64,000 nucleotides of DNA from an uncultured Spirochaetota bacterium (GCA_963745235.1 CAVUXE010000053.1:192001-256000); one strand, 5' to 3'; shown: positions 8,896 through 19,034, counted from the first letter of the stretch. The notes: generated by a model not told the origin, from the letters alone. Numbers and translations: made by a program.

Positions 8896-11136
8896 ATGTT
8901 TCAGCTCCCAAGCGCGAAGTACTGGAACACCTGGAGCTCGGGAAGCCCGGCGGCCATGGTCTTCCTTCCCGCTGGTTTCGAGATCAGGGTGGGGGCATAC
9001 AGTTACAAAGGACAAAGCTGTTCGTTCTTTCCATTTTCACCCGACACGACGCTGTACGAGCACCACCCCGACGGGCGCTATTGCCGACTCCAGGTGAGTC
9101 ACGAAGGCACGCGTCTGGAAATCGAATACCTCAAGACCGATGACTGGACCATCGTCGGATGCCTGCGATCCGTAGCGTCCGGCGAATGGGGTTTGAGATT
9201 CTGGCCCATAGTCTCCTTTGGATTTACGGGCGAAGGGACAATAGCGCGGGAAGGGCCGTTGGCCCACGGCTCCATGCGGAGCTACCAGGTCGCCTGGTCA
9301 TTCGAGAATCAACCTGTCCGGGCATGCCTGGCAGACCACCCCGAGCAACTGGGTCGGCGCATGGTCGAGCTGGGATATTATGCTCCACTCGCGGACGCGG
9401 AGAAGGCCCGGTGGTATTCGGTCGCCTACAATCTGGAGGAGACTCCCAGGATATGCTTTGCCGCCTCTGTCGGAAACGAGTATCGATCAGCAATGGACAC
9501 GTGCAGCTCCGCGATTGCGCTGGCGGCCTCCGATGGAGGTCGTGATGACCGGGGTCTGCACTCCAAGGGGCTTGCGACTTTGCATGGCCTCCCTCAGCAG
9601 ACGACGGGGGAGTATTCCTCTGCCGCGGAGGCCATCCGCGACGTGATGGCATGGAACGGAATTGCCGACACAAAGAATGGCCGGACGTACACGTCGCTCA
9701 CGCGCTTCTGGATCGACCGCAAGTTCGGGGGATGGTTTGTCTGGCTGGATGACATCTTCTATCATGCGCTCATCAATCTCTGGGCGGGGGACTGGACCAT
9801 GGCGCGCCGCAACATTGCGGCAGGGTGCGACAACCAGGTCCCGGCAGGGAACCTCGCGTGTCTCATGTCGGAGTTCACGGAGTGGGTTGACCGCTCGCAG
9901 CCGCCCATAGGCTCTTTTATCCTGCTCAAGTATCACCTCGTGACCGGCGACAGGCAACTGCTGGAAGAAGTCTATCCGGCCCTGCGGCGCGCGCACCTGT
10001 GGTGGTACGAGCACCGGGACGGCAATGCGAACGGCATTCTCGAATACGGCAGCTCCATGATCGGCAATGGTCATTTCAACGGCACAAAGCTGGCGGCAAA
10101 AGACGAGGCGGCAATGGACAACAGCCCCCTGTACGACTCCGCCCGGTTCGTCGCCGAGACAGGGACGCTCGACATGGAGGACATTGCCCTGAACAGCCTC
10201 CTCGCTCTGGATGGAGAGTGCCTGGTGGCGCTTGCGGAAGCCCTCGGAGACGACAGGACCGCCGCGGATGTCGGAGCCAGGGTCGCAAAGCTGAAACGCG
10301 ACATCGATGTTGTGCTGTGGGACGACACGAGGAAGTTGTACGCAAATCGCCACTGGGAGAAGGGTTTCGTCAGCCCGAGTCCCACGAGTTTCTACCCGTT
10401 GGCGGCCGGCATTCCAGGCGAGGAGCGCGTCGAGCACCTGCTTCGGCATCTGTTCGATGAGGGTGAGTTCTGGACACAGGCGCCTTTTCCTTCCATCTGG
10501 CTGAAGGATCCCGCGGTGGACGATAATGTGTACTGGCGGGGGAGATCGTGGCCCCCTCTGACTTTCATGATCTACGTCGGACTGAAGCGTTACGGGCGCG
10601 ACGAGCAGGCGAACCGGGTTGCAACCAGGGTCATGGCAAACTTCGACCGGATCTGGAGATCGGAACGACGGTGCTACGAGAACCACAATGCGCGGACGGG
10701 GGAAGGCAGGGACTCGGTTGACGCCGACCCCTACTATGGATGGGGGGCTCTCCTGCCTTTGATGTGGATACTGGAGCACATCGATGTCGATCCGTGGAAT
10801 GGGTTCCATTTCGGCAGCGTTACCGGGAATGAAGTCCGCCTGGAGGGGATCAAGATGCGGGACGGCACCTATGACCTGGACGTCAGCTCCGGAAGGACCT
10901 CGTTGTACCGCAATCACGATATCATTCTTGATTCCAACGCCCGCGGAAGATTCAGACATTTCCGATACGAGCCTCACTACGCCGCCGTCCAGGTTGGTCC
11001 GCAGGGCGCCGCATGCGAGGTAGCCTTTCCGCGGAGAAAGCCCGTGAGAGTTCTCATCAACGGCAAGGAAGCCCGCGTCGAAACCGTCATGAACGTGGCG
11101 GCGGAAACGCGGACCCTCATCGAAATCTGGGACTGA
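8896..11136 (+). CDS. (alpha/alpha)6-barrel glycoside hydrolase, GH63/MGH1-like
   Basis: WFVWLDD, DRSQPP, EAAMDNSPLYD, LNSLLALD, LWDD, YWRGRSWPP, YENH motifs; RBS GGAGG before ATG 8896 (alternative start GTG 8887). Confidence 0.8.
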   Translation: MFQLPSAKYWNTWSSGSPAAMVFLPAGFEIRVGAYSYKGQSCSFFPFSPDTTLYEHHPDGRYCRLQVSHEGTRLEIEYLKTDDWTIVGCLRSVASGEWGLRFWPIVSFGFTGEGTIAREGPLAHGSMRSYQVAWSFENQPVRACLADHPEQLGRRMVELGYYAPLADAEKARWYSVAYNLEETPRICFAASVGNEYRSAMDTCSSAIALAASDGGRDDRGLHSKGLATLHGLPQQTTGEYSSAAEAIRDVMAWNGIADTKNGRTYTSLTRFWIDRKFGGWFVWLDDIFYHALINLWAGDWTMARRNIAAGCDNQVPAGNLACLMSEFTEWVDRSQPPIGSFILLKYHLVTGDRQLLEEVYPALRRAHLWWYEHRDGNANGILEYGSSMIGNGHFNGTKLAAKDEAAMDNSPLYDSARFVAETGTLDMEDIALNSLLALDGECLVALAEALGDDRTAADVGARVAKLKRDIDVVLWDDTRKLYANRHWEKGFVSPSPTSFYPLAAGIPGEERVEHLLRHLFDEGEFWTQAPFPSIWLKDPAVDDNVYWRGRSWPPLTFMIYVGLKRYGRDEQANRVATRVMANFDRIWRSERRCYENHNARTGEGRDSVDADPYYGWGALLPLMWILEHIDVDPWNGFHFGSVTGNEVRLEGIKMRDGTYDLDVSSGRTSLYRNHDIILDSNARGRFRHFRYEPHYAAVQVGPQGAACEVAFPRRKPVRVLINGKEARVETVMNVAAETRTLIEIWD

Positions 11137-11145
11137 CGGCTCTGT

Positions 11146-13032
11146 ATGAATGCCAAACGGATCGACAAGGCGCTGCGGGAAATTGAAAAGCGCTATCGGC
11201 TTCTTTTCAATTCCATCAGTGACATGATTCTCGTCTACCCGCTCCACGAGGTCTCCACACCGCAGCGTCTTGTGGAAGTCAACGATGTCGCTTGCCAGCG
11301 TCTCGGATACACGCGTGAAGAGATGCTGCGGATGACGACCCACGACATTGGCGCCGCGGAAGCGGTCGCCGCCGTTCCCCAGATGACGGCCCGGCTGCGG
11401 GAGGAAGGACTGGCAGTATGGGAGGGGATGCTCCGAACAAGAAGCGGCCCTGCCATACCGGTCGAAATCAGCAATCGCCTGTTCGATCTGGACGGAAAGC
11501 CGATGGTGGTGGCGACGGTTCGCGACATCACAGAGCGCAAGCAGGCGGAAGAAGCGATCCGGGAGAGCCAGGAACATACCCGCGCCATCATGGAGTCCGC
11601 CCTCGATGCGATTGTGACGATTGATGACAAGGGAAACATAACGTACTGGAACTCGGCCGCGGAGCGCATCCTGGGCTATCCGCGAGCGGAAACCATCGGC
11701 AGGAATCTTCACGATATGATCACGCCGGAGCGGTTTCTTCCTGCCCATCGCGCGGCCTTCCCAGAGTTTCAGCGATCCGGGCATGGATCCGGCCTCGGGG
11801 CGACGCACGAGCTTGCCGCCCGTCGCAAGGATGGCCGGGAGATAGACATCGCGCTCTCTCTGTCGGCAATGCGCATCAAGGGAAGCTGGCACGCTATCGG
11901 CATCGTGCAGGACATCACGGAACGCAAGAAGGCCGAGGAGAAACTGCGCCAAAGCGAAGCGCGACTGCGACGAGCCGAGCTCGCTTCGAAGTCAGGCAAC
12001 TGGGAGCTCCATCTCGAATCAGAGACCGTCCTTGCTTCCGAAGGCGCACAGAAGATCTATGGCTCCTTCAAAGACACGCTTGACTATGCCGTCGTCAAAG
12101 GGTTCCCCCTGCCCGAATATCGGCCGATGCTGGATGCCTCCCTGCGATCTCTCATCGAAGAGGATCTTCCCTCTGCAGTCGAATATCGCATACGAGCTGC
12201 TGATTCAGGCGCCATAAAGGACATCCGGTCGATAGCCACATTCGACAGGGAAAAGCGAGTAGTCTTTGGCGTCATTCAGGACATCACGGAGCAGAAAGCC
12301 CTTCAGGCGCAGATCATGCGGGCACAGAGGCTGGAGAGCCTGAGCCGGCTGGCGGGAGGAATCGCCCACCAATTCAACAACATCAACACCATAGTCATGG
12401 GGTACCTGGGCGTCCTTGCCAGGGAGGCGGATCTCTCGGAGGCGGCCAGGAGCTGCGTTCACGAAGCCCTGAAAGGGGTCGAGCGTGCGGTGAACATTAC
12501 CGAGCGCATGCAAGGCCTGACGGTCACGCGCGGCGGCGGCCAAAAAGGCGTCAGCCTCAATGAGATTGTCCGCGCTTTGGTGCCAACCTTTGAGGACCGT
12601 GTCCGCGAGCAGGGCGCGCAAGTCATCCTGGAGCTTCCTGAGATTCAGCCGGTCCGGATGAACCTTTCTCAACTGAAGTTCATAGTTGCCAGCCTCTTTT
12701 CCAATGCAATCGATGCGCTGCTGGGATGTCCCCGACGAATCGTGACGATACGCTGCGGCGAGGCAGAAGGCCTCGTATTTCTCGAAGTGGGTGACACCGG
12801 CCGGGGGATACCCACGGAAGACTTGACCGGGATTTTCACTCCGTTTTTCACCACAAAGGGTGAGTGGGCTCCCCAGGGATCGCCGCAGAGCATGGTGAAA
12901 GGGGTCGGCCTGAGTCTTGCGGTCTGCCAGAGCACGGTCTCGGAGTCAGGGGGGAGGATCGAGGTGGAGAGCAAGGTCGGAGTCGGCTCAACCTTCCGCG
13001 CCTGGCTCCCGACAGACGCGGGCATTTGTTGA
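11146..13032 (+). CDS. Cytoplasmic multi-PAS sensor histidine kinase
   Basis: Three PAS/PAC units ending DITE, H-box LAGGIAHQFNN, N-box NAIDA, DTGRGI, PFFTTK, GVGLSL. Confidence 0.9.
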   Translation: MNAKRIDKALREIEKRYRLLFNSISDMILVYPLHEVSTPQRLVEVNDVACQRLGYTREEMLRMTTHDIGAAEAVAAVPQMTARLREEGLAVWEGMLRTRSGPAIPVEISNRLFDLDGKPMVVATVRDITERKQAEEAIRESQEHTRAIMESALDAIVTIDDKGNITYWNSAAERILGYPRAETIGRNLHDMITPERFLPAHRAAFPEFQRSGHGSGLGATHELAARRKDGREIDIALSLSAMRIKGSWHAIGIVQDITERKKAEEKLRQSEARLRRAELASKSGNWELHLESETVLASEGAQKIYGSFKDTLDYAVVKGFPLPEYRPMLDASLRSLIEEDLPSAVEYRIRAADSGAIKDIRSIATFDREKRVVFGVIQDITEQKALQAQIMRAQRLESLSRLAGGIAHQFNNINTIVMGYLGVLAREADLSEAARSCVHEALKGVERAVNITERMQGLTVTRGGGQKGVSLNEIVRALVPTFEDRVREQGAQVILELPEIQPVRMNLSQLKFIVASLFSNAIDALLGCPRRIVTIRCGEAEGLVFLEVGDTGRGIPTEDLTGIFTPFFTTKGEWAPQGSPQSMVKGVGLSLAVCQSTVSESGGRIEVESKVGVGSTFRAWLPTDAGIC

Positions 13033-13102
13033 CTCGCTTGCCGCGAAGGTGGCACCTTTGATGGAGGGATGCCGATGACGCAGTCTCTGAAGGAGGCCCG
13101 CT

Positions 13103-13447
13103 ATGCCGCCTGTCAGCGTGGACGAGGAGCTGGAGCGTCTCCACCGCGAGCTCGAACGGCTTCGCGGTGAGGCCGAACGACTGAGAACCGAGCTTGCCCA
13201 AAGACCGCGCGCTGCGAAAGAGCTTTCAGAGGCGACCAGGACGGGCATTGCGGCTCGCGACCTGCTGGCCTCTCTCGCCGACGCGCTGGCATTCGCGGGG
13301 CAAGGAGGCGTTCTTCGCCTCACCGCAACCACGACAGACATCCTCAAGCTCGTTTCTCTTTGCGAAGACGATGCGGCAAGAGCTGGCCCGCTTGTCGACG
13401 CTGAGTCCCGCTGGTATGCGAATGTGATTCGAAGGTCACTCCTCTGA
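13103..13447 (+). CDS. Hypothetical protein with N-terminal coiled coil
   Basis: AGGAGG RBS; heptad-like ELERLHRELERLRGEAERLRTEL. Confidence 0.55.
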   Translation: MPPVSVDEELERLHRELERLRGEAERLRTELAQRPRAAKELSEATRTGIAARDLLASLADALAFAGQGGVLRLTATTTDILKLVSLCEDDAARAGPLVDAESRWYANVIRRSLL

Positions 13448-13542
13448 CCGATCGACAACCTCGCTTTGCGCGCGAGACGAGGAACGCGCCCCACCCGCGC
13501 GTCAACCAGCTCCGCTATGCACACCTGCACAGGAGGTAGCGC

Positions 13543-14358
13543 GTGATCAGCTACGAGAACAGGACTGCGCTCATCACGGGCGCGTCGTCGGGAATCGGCA
13601 GGGCCTTCGCGGAGACACTCTCCTCGAAAGGCGCCAACGTGATCCTGGTGGCGCGCTCAAAGGCCAAACTGGACGCGCTGGCCGCGAAGATCAGGAGGTC
13701 AAACCAGGTGACTGTCCACGTCATCGTGGCGGATCTCAGCAAGGAAGACGGGCCCCGCAGAGTCCACGAGGCGACAAAGAGACTGAGGCGCGACGTGGAC
13801 GTCCTGATCAACAACGCGGGGTTTGGCACCTACGGCCCCTTTCACACCATCCCCGCGGGGGAAGATCACGACGAGATCATGCTCAACGTTGCCGCTGTGG
13901 TGCGCCTCACCCACGTGTTCCTTCCGGCCATGCGTGAGCGGCACACGGGGATCATCGTCAACGTGGCCTCGGGCGCCGCATTCCAGGCGGCACCCTACAT
14001 GGCGGTGTACGGGGCGTCGAAGGCCTTTGTACTTTCGTTCTCCGAGGCTCTCTGGGCCGAGTATCGCGGCCAGGGAATCAGCGTCCTGGCCCTGTGTCCC
14101 GGCCCTACTGACACGGGCTTCTTCAAAGTTGCCCGCAACGAGGACGCAGTGGCGGGACGGAAGCGCTCTCCCCAGGCGGTGGTCGACACGGCGCTGAGGG
14201 CCCTGGACCGTGGAAGGTCATCCGCAATCGACGGCGGTCTCCTCCGCCTCGGGATCTTTTCGGAGCGGCTCGTCTCGCGATCCGTCGTCGCCCGGTCTGC
14301 CGCGAAGATCATGGCACCCCGGCGTGCGGGCAGGGAGGAGCGCTTCCCCCGAGCGTGA
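13543..14358 (+). CDS. Short-chain dehydrogenase/reductase (DltE-like)
   Basis: TGASSGIG, NNAGFG, YGASK, LCPGPT. Confidence 0.92.
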   Translation: MISYENRTALITGASSGIGRAFAETLSSKGANVILVARSKAKLDALAAKIRRSNQVTVHVIVADLSKEDGPRRVHEATKRLRRDVDVLINNAGFGTYGPFHTIPAGEDHDEIMLNVAAVVRLTHVFLPAMRERHTGIIVNVASGAAFQAAPYMAVYGASKAFVLSFSEALWAEYRGQGISVLALCPGPTDTGFFKVARNEDAVAGRKRSPQAVVDTALRALDRGRSSAIDGGLLRLGIFSERLVSRSVVARSAAKIMAPRRAGREERFPRA

Positions 14359-14359
14359 T

Positions 14360-15061
14360 TCACGCGCCCGAAAGAAATCCGCTCCTGACGAGCGCCTCGT
14401 AGGCGCCCTTCATGGCATCTTTGTTCCGCTCAATCCCTTTCTTGATCATGGGGCGCATGACCAGCGCGTTCGGGAGTCTTCCCAGCAGGTTCTGAAGCGG
14501 GAACCTCTTCTTTGTGCTGAAATCTGCCACGATCTTCCGTCCCAGTGACGCGGCGGCCCGGAGCGCCTTCGGCTTGGAGGACGCGTGTTTTCCATGCAGG
14601 TGGACGGCAAGAGTGCCGGTGACATAGCCGCGTCGAAAGACGCCGTGTTGAACGTTTGCGGCAAGCTGACGAGCCACTGTCTTTGCTCCGGAGCCGCCCG
14701 CTGTGGCCATTCCGACAACGTATTTCCCGCCGAGTGCGGATGTCAGGAATGCGAGCTGCCCCAGGCGGTCGAACAGGTTCTTCATGCGGGCGTTCATTGC
14801 TCTGCCGTATGTCGGGGAGCAAAGGATCATGCCATCCGCGGCCAGGAGCTGAGATCGTACCTCCTCAAAATCATCATCGATCACGCAGCGACCCGACATC
14901 ATGCACCCCCGGCAGTCTCGGCAGAACTCGATGTTGCGATCCGAAAGAAACACTTCGGAGACCGTGGCCCCTTCTTTTCTCGCCCCTGCAAGGGCCGCCC
15001 TGACGAGCGCGGCCCCGCTTCCGTCCGCATGGGGACTTGAGATCACACCAACAACTTTCAT
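14360..15061 (-). CDS. Iron-sulfur flavoprotein / NADPH-dependent FMN reductase (flavodoxin-like)
   Basis: SSPHADGS, CRDCRGC-x5-C cluster motif, SPTY, MKNLFDR. Confidence 0.87.
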   Translation of the reverse strand: MKVVGVISSPHADGSGAALVRAALAGARKEGATVSEVFLSDRNIEFCRDCRGCMMSGRCVIDDDFEEVRSQLLAADGMILCSPTYGRAMNARMKNLFDRLGQLAFLTSALGGKYVVGMATAGGSGAKTVARQLAANVQHGVFRRGYVTGTLAVHLHGKHASSKPKALRAAASLGRKIVADFSTKKRFPLQNLLGRLPNALVMRPMIKKGIERNKDAMKGAYEALVRSGFLSGA

Positions 15062-15270
15062 TTCAACTTCCTCCGTGCCATTGATGACGGGACGATGGAG
15101 CGTTTATTGCATCACATCGCCCAGACTCAAACCGCTGTTCAGCGACGCGGCGCGCGGATCGTTCTTTCGTCTTGCTTTTCAGCGCGGACGGGAACATACT
15201 CGACGTACGATGTCGCCGGTCGGCGACGCCATGTATGGTCCCGGCTCTCCGCGATGGCAAGGAGGCAAGC

Positions 15271-17103
15271 ATGGGTGTGCCTGACAATCTCAAGAAACAT
15301 CTGGGAAAGATAGAAGCCGCTTTCAAGAAAGACGGCTTCTTTGTCCATGCAAGCTGCAGCAAGGACGGTCGAATCGGCGTCTCCGCAAGGCGCTGTTGCA
15401 AAGCGAAGAACACCTTCAAGCAGGCCTACTACGTCGAGGGTGATCACCACACAATGGGCTGGCTGCTTGGCTTCATGGCCGAACGGGAGGTTGCCCGCAT
15501 GACGACCTCCTATCGAATAAGAGTGATCGAGGCTTTTATCGATCCGGAGCTGAGGGATACAAAGTTCGCTGAGCGTATCCAGAAACTCATCCTCAGGAAG
15601 ATCGTGGCCCCGTGGGTGGAGAAGATGAAGTCTGACATTCCCTGCGAGCTCAGACAGGAGATGGAAGGCCTCCTTGAAGGATGCCGTGCCGCAAACAAAG
15701 ATACCCTTGTCACACTGAAGGACCTCTGGGAGCTCAACGCCGGGCCGGATGCAGTTCTTGCCCACGCGTATACGGGAAAGCTCTTTGCCCGGAAAGCCTC
15801 GCCACGAGACCTTCGGGTGCCGCTTCACTGCAACGCGTTTGCCGCGCCGGGAACCGGGAAGCGAAGGCTCTTCGGGCGTGACTTCATCTTTCCCACCGCG
15901 CACGTCTTCCAGGACGTCGCATGCATGATAATCTATCGGCCGGATTCAGCGGGCACCACCGCGCGTCATGGTATTGTCAGTCAGACCGCGCCTGGGTTCG
16001 TCGGCAGCCTGACAGCGCTCAACAGCAAAGGCGTTGCGATCGGAGTCAACATGACACCTTCACACCTGTGCAACGCCGGCAGGCCGGGATTCAACGGACT
16101 CATGCTCGCCCGCCACTGCATGGAGCTCGCGGATTCGGCTCCGGCCGCCGCGCAATTGATCGTGGACGCTCAGAGGGGCGTTGCATGGATCTACCCCGTG
16201 GCGGACGCAAAGGGAAATGCCTTTGCCGTGGAGGCGGGAGCCCGACTGGGCGATGGCGAAGAGTTTCCCTATCTTGATTACATTCCGCACTACTATCGAA
16301 GACGACTGCCCGACCTTCAGTACATACGGGACATGCAGCGCAAGTACGGGAACAAGCCGCCAGACCACGGGGCTTTTGCCCGCGCCGCAGACTACAAGTA
16401 TCCCTTTGATTTCATCAAGAAGTGGAACAAGGGGCTGTGGATGGCATATGAGCGCAACCTTCTGGAGAAACTGGAGGACCTGCTCTTCGATCTCGGGACT
16501 ATTCTTGGCAGGATCTTCACGGGCAGAGGAAAGAGTCTGCGCGGGATCCTCCACAAGGCGGTCATGGACTTCAAGAACCGAAAGTTGTTTTCGCAAAGCT
16601 ATTTTACAGAGCATGGCTTCATCGACCCCTTGTGGACGGACAAGCGCTGTCCCGGACCCTTTTACTTCAGCCCGCAAAGGGAGACGCGGTCGGACGTTCT
16701 TGTCGCCACCAACAATTTTCTTTCCCCCGAAATGCGGCTCGTTGGAATGAATGCATGGACTTCTGTCCTGGGCTACGCACAGTACGATGACTTTCAGTGG
16801 CGCTACGACGAGCTCTGCAAAGAGGTCCTTGGCGCGCTGAAAGCCCACCGACGGGGACTGAACGATAGAACGGCGTGGTCAATAGTGAATTTCCTCACAC
16901 CCGGCGGGAAGTTTCCGGAGTACCACAATTACCCGCAGAGCAGGAACGCAAAGCCGGATTGGCAGGATGTCGAAGTGAATGGCAGCGTCAGTCTTTGCGA
17001 TCTCACGGGGCGGACGCTGAAGAGCCTTTTCGGGTACTACGGTGATGACCCCGTAACAATAACGTTGCCGAATTACCTGGAGGAGACCACGCGAGGCGGG
17101 TAG
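15271..17103 (+). CDS. Large Ntn-hydrolase (C45 / acid ceramidase-like, Cys nucleophile)
   Basis: EMEGL...LN...H|CNAFA processing site, GRDF, PGFVGSLTALNSKGVAIG, ATNNF; AGGAGG RBS. Confidence 0.7.
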   Translation: MGVPDNLKKHLGKIEAAFKKDGFFVHASCSKDGRIGVSARRCCKAKNTFKQAYYVEGDHHTMGWLLGFMAEREVARMTTSYRIRVIEAFIDPELRDTKFAERIQKLILRKIVAPWVEKMKSDIPCELRQEMEGLLEGCRAANKDTLVTLKDLWELNAGPDAVLAHAYTGKLFARKASPRDLRVPLHCNAFAAPGTGKRRLFGRDFIFPTAHVFQDVACMIIYRPDSAGTTARHGIVSQTAPGFVGSLTALNSKGVAIGVNMTPSHLCNAGRPGFNGLMLARHCMELADSAPAAAQLIVDAQRGVAWIYPVADAKGNAFAVEAGARLGDGEEFPYLDYIPHYYRRRLPDLQYIRDMQRKYGNKPPDHGAFARAADYKYPFDFIKKWNKGLWMAYERNLLEKLEDLLFDLGTILGRIFTGRGKSLRGILHKAVMDFKNRKLFSQSYFTEHGFIDPLWTDKRCPGPFYFSPQRETRSDVLVATNNFLSPEMRLVGMNAWTSVLGYAQYDDFQWRYDELCKEVLGALKAHRRGLNDRTAWSIVNFLTPGGKFPEYHNYPQSRNAKPDWQDVEVNGSVSLCDLTGRTLKSLFGYYGDDPVTITLPNYLEETTRGG

Positions 17104-17117
17104 TCATTTCCGCAGTG

Positions 17118-17139
17118 AACAGCCTGAAGGGCTGTTTTG
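17118..17139. terminator. Short hairpin between convergent genes
   Basis: aacagcc-tgaag-ggctgtt followed by T residues. Confidence 0.4.
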
Positions 17140-17178
17140 CCGCGGTTCTGCGCCATGGACGATCAGCCCTGTCGATGA

Positions 17179-17727
17179 TCAGCCGAGGTAGATCCTGCTT
17201 TCATCGTCGACGACGAGGATCGTCTTGCATTCAATACAGCGGAAGCGCCCGGCTTTCGATGCCTTCAACCTTTTCGAGCAAATGGGACAGGTGAAGATTC
17301 TGGGGAACGCTTGACGCTTCACTCCGCTGTCACGTCCCTCGAGGAAGCTCACGGCGTCGTTCAGGTTCTCCTTCACGGTAAAGAACTGGGAAAAACCGAG
17401 GAGCTGAAATACTTCGAATACGTTGGGGTGGATCTCCAACAGGACGATGTCTCCGTTGAGAAGCTTGACGGTCTTGAGGAAAGCGGTGAAAGCGCCAATG
17501 CCGGTGCTGGAGATATATCCGACGCCGGCAAGACTGAAGACCAGCCTGGTGAAGCCAGCTTCGATCACTTTCACGACCTTCTTTTGGAAAAAGGGCGAGT
17601 TGCTGGTATCAACGTCCCCGGAAGGATACACGACCATGCATCTCTCACTGATTTTCTGAAGGCGGATCTTGAGGCTGTCACGGCTCACGTCATCAAATCC
17701 AGGAACAAGTTCGTTGTTGGCAGTCAT
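17179..17727 (-). CDS. Anti-sigma factor antagonist (STAS) with C-terminal zinc ribbon
   Basis: GDVDTSNS, YISSTGIG phosphoacceptor motif, EVFQLLGFSQFF, CPIC-x13-CIEC. Confidence 0.88.
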   Translation of the reverse strand: MTANNELVPGFDDVSRDSLKIRLQKISERCMVVYPSGDVDTSNSPFFQKKVVKVIEAGFTRLVFSLAGVGYISSTGIGAFTAFLKTVKLLNGDIVLLEIHPNVFEVFQLLGFSQFFTVKENLNDAVSFLEGRDSGVKRQAFPRIFTCPICSKRLKASKAGRFRCIECKTILVVDDESRIYLG

Positions 17728-17906
17728 ATTCTGGCCTCCTCGTCGACCTTTGGCAGCGCTTCGAAGGTAGTAAGAGCCTCCTCGCGCAGTTTGTCGAGAC
17801 TCGCGTGAAGAAAAGTCAGTGTTTCGGCCTTCCGGGGCGTCTCAAGCACCACCGGCGAGGCGCTATCTCGGGGCACGCCGGTGTCCCTTGCCCCCGCGAG
17901 GGTCAA
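17724..17906 (-). CDS. Possible small protein coupled between the SPFH and STAS genes
   Basis: 60-aa ORF fills the gap with 4-nt overlaps at both ends; TTG start; no known motif. Confidence 0.3.
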   Translation of the reverse strand: MTLAGARDTGVPRDSASPVVLETPRKAETLTFLHASLDKLREEALTTFEALPKVDEEARI

Positions 17907-18949
17907 CCGTTCCTGGCCTTCTCTTCGGGCTTCCGCGCTTCCGGCCTGCTCACGCTCGCCGCCAGCCCCTGGATGGCGTCCCGAAGCATCGCGGTCAGCG
18001 GCTCCAACGTTCCCATCAGGCGGGCGTCTTGTCCATACACGGAAAGGCGGGCGCCGTTGAAGAGGTGGGAAGCTGACTCGACGATCTGCGGCGCCTGCTC
18101 GAGGGGCAGGATCTGCCGGCGCAGCTCGTGCTCGGCCCTCGTGAGCAGGAGGTCCTTTTCCACCCTGATGGCCTCCACCTGTTTCTCCAGCTCGAGCTCT
18201 TCTTTTTCGACCTCGAGGATCGCGAGCCGATTGCGGAGCCGCAGGACCTGCAGCGGCTTGTCCATCTCCACGCGGACCCGGTCCGCCTCAACCTCCAACG
18301 CGTGCTTCTCCCGGTCGTGGGCAATCCGCTGCTTCTCCGTCTCGAGGGACTCCTGCTGCACGCGGCGCTCCGAGCCGATCTTCGCCACCTGCACCGACTC
18401 GCGCGCGGAAAGCTCGGCGAGGTCGCTCCTTGACCTGATCTGATTGCGCGTCTCGGCCTCCAATTGCCGGCGCAGCTCCTGGTCCACGATGAATACCTGC
18501 GCCGCCTGGACCACATCCAGCGCGATACCTGCTCCGCCGTCAACGAGCACTTCCAGCGCCGCGTGGACGGCCCCCGTCAGGGTTGTCTTGCGCTCCTCGA
18601 TGCACTCCTGCATCGTCATGTGGGAGACGCGGTCCCGCAGCTCGCCGAGACACGCGTTTGCGACGAGCGTTTTCATGGTCTGCAGACCCTCGGAGCTTGT
18701 GAAGTCGAACAGCTGGGCGGTCACCTCGGGTCGAACGATCCGCAGGATCACGAGGCCCTTGAAACGAAGCGGGATGCCGTCTCGCGTCTCCTGCGTCATT
18801 TCGAACCGCGCCTCCTGCTGGTCGCCGGGGACCTTCACGTACCCGGTCCGCCGCCACAGGAAAAGGCTGGCCGCCGCGCCGCGATTGACGAGCTTCCCTG
18901 CCTCCGCCACCACGAGATACTCACTCGGTTTTGTCCTGACAATCGGCAT
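17903..18949 (-). CDS. SPFH/band-7 (flotillin-like) protein
   Basis: PSEYLV, ETRDGIPLRFKG, LGELR, long E/R-rich coiled coil; AGGAG RBS. Confidence 0.8.
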   Translation of the reverse strand: MPIVRTKPSEYLVVAEAGKLVNRGAAASLFLWRRTGYVKVPGDQQEARFEMTQETRDGIPLRFKGLVILRIVRPEVTAQLFDFTSSEGLQTMKTLVANACLGELRDRVSHMTMQECIEERKTTLTGAVHAALEVLVDGGAGIALDVVQAAQVFIVDQELRRQLEAETRNQIRSRSDLAELSARESVQVAKIGSERRVQQESLETEKQRIAHDREKHALEVEADRVRVEMDKPLQVLRLRNRLAILEVEKEELELEKQVEAIRVEKDLLLTRAEHELRRQILPLEQAPQIVESASHLFNGARLSVYGQDARLMGTLEPLTAMLRDAIQGLAASVSRPEARKPEEKARNG

Positions 18950-19019
18950 GGTGTTTCTCCTTGCCCGGGAACCTACCCCTCATGGAGAATAATCACAATT
19001 AATAAATCAGATATTTGAA

Positions 19020-19034
19020 ATAAGAATGGCTTAT
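19020..19034. promoter_or_regulatory. Probable LysR recognition site (T-N11-A dyad)
   Basis: ATAAG-aatgg-CTTAT in the AT-rich region between the divergent SPFH and LysR genes. Confidence 0.55.

Noticed and set aside
9487-11952. 821-aa minus-strand ORF
   Set aside because: Antisense shadow of the glycosidase and PAS kinase; no recognisable domain.
13035-13100. GATGGAG...GATGAC resembling a fluoride riboswitch
   Set aside because: Spacing is too short, the pairing elements are missing, and the downstream gene is not a fluoride-related gene.
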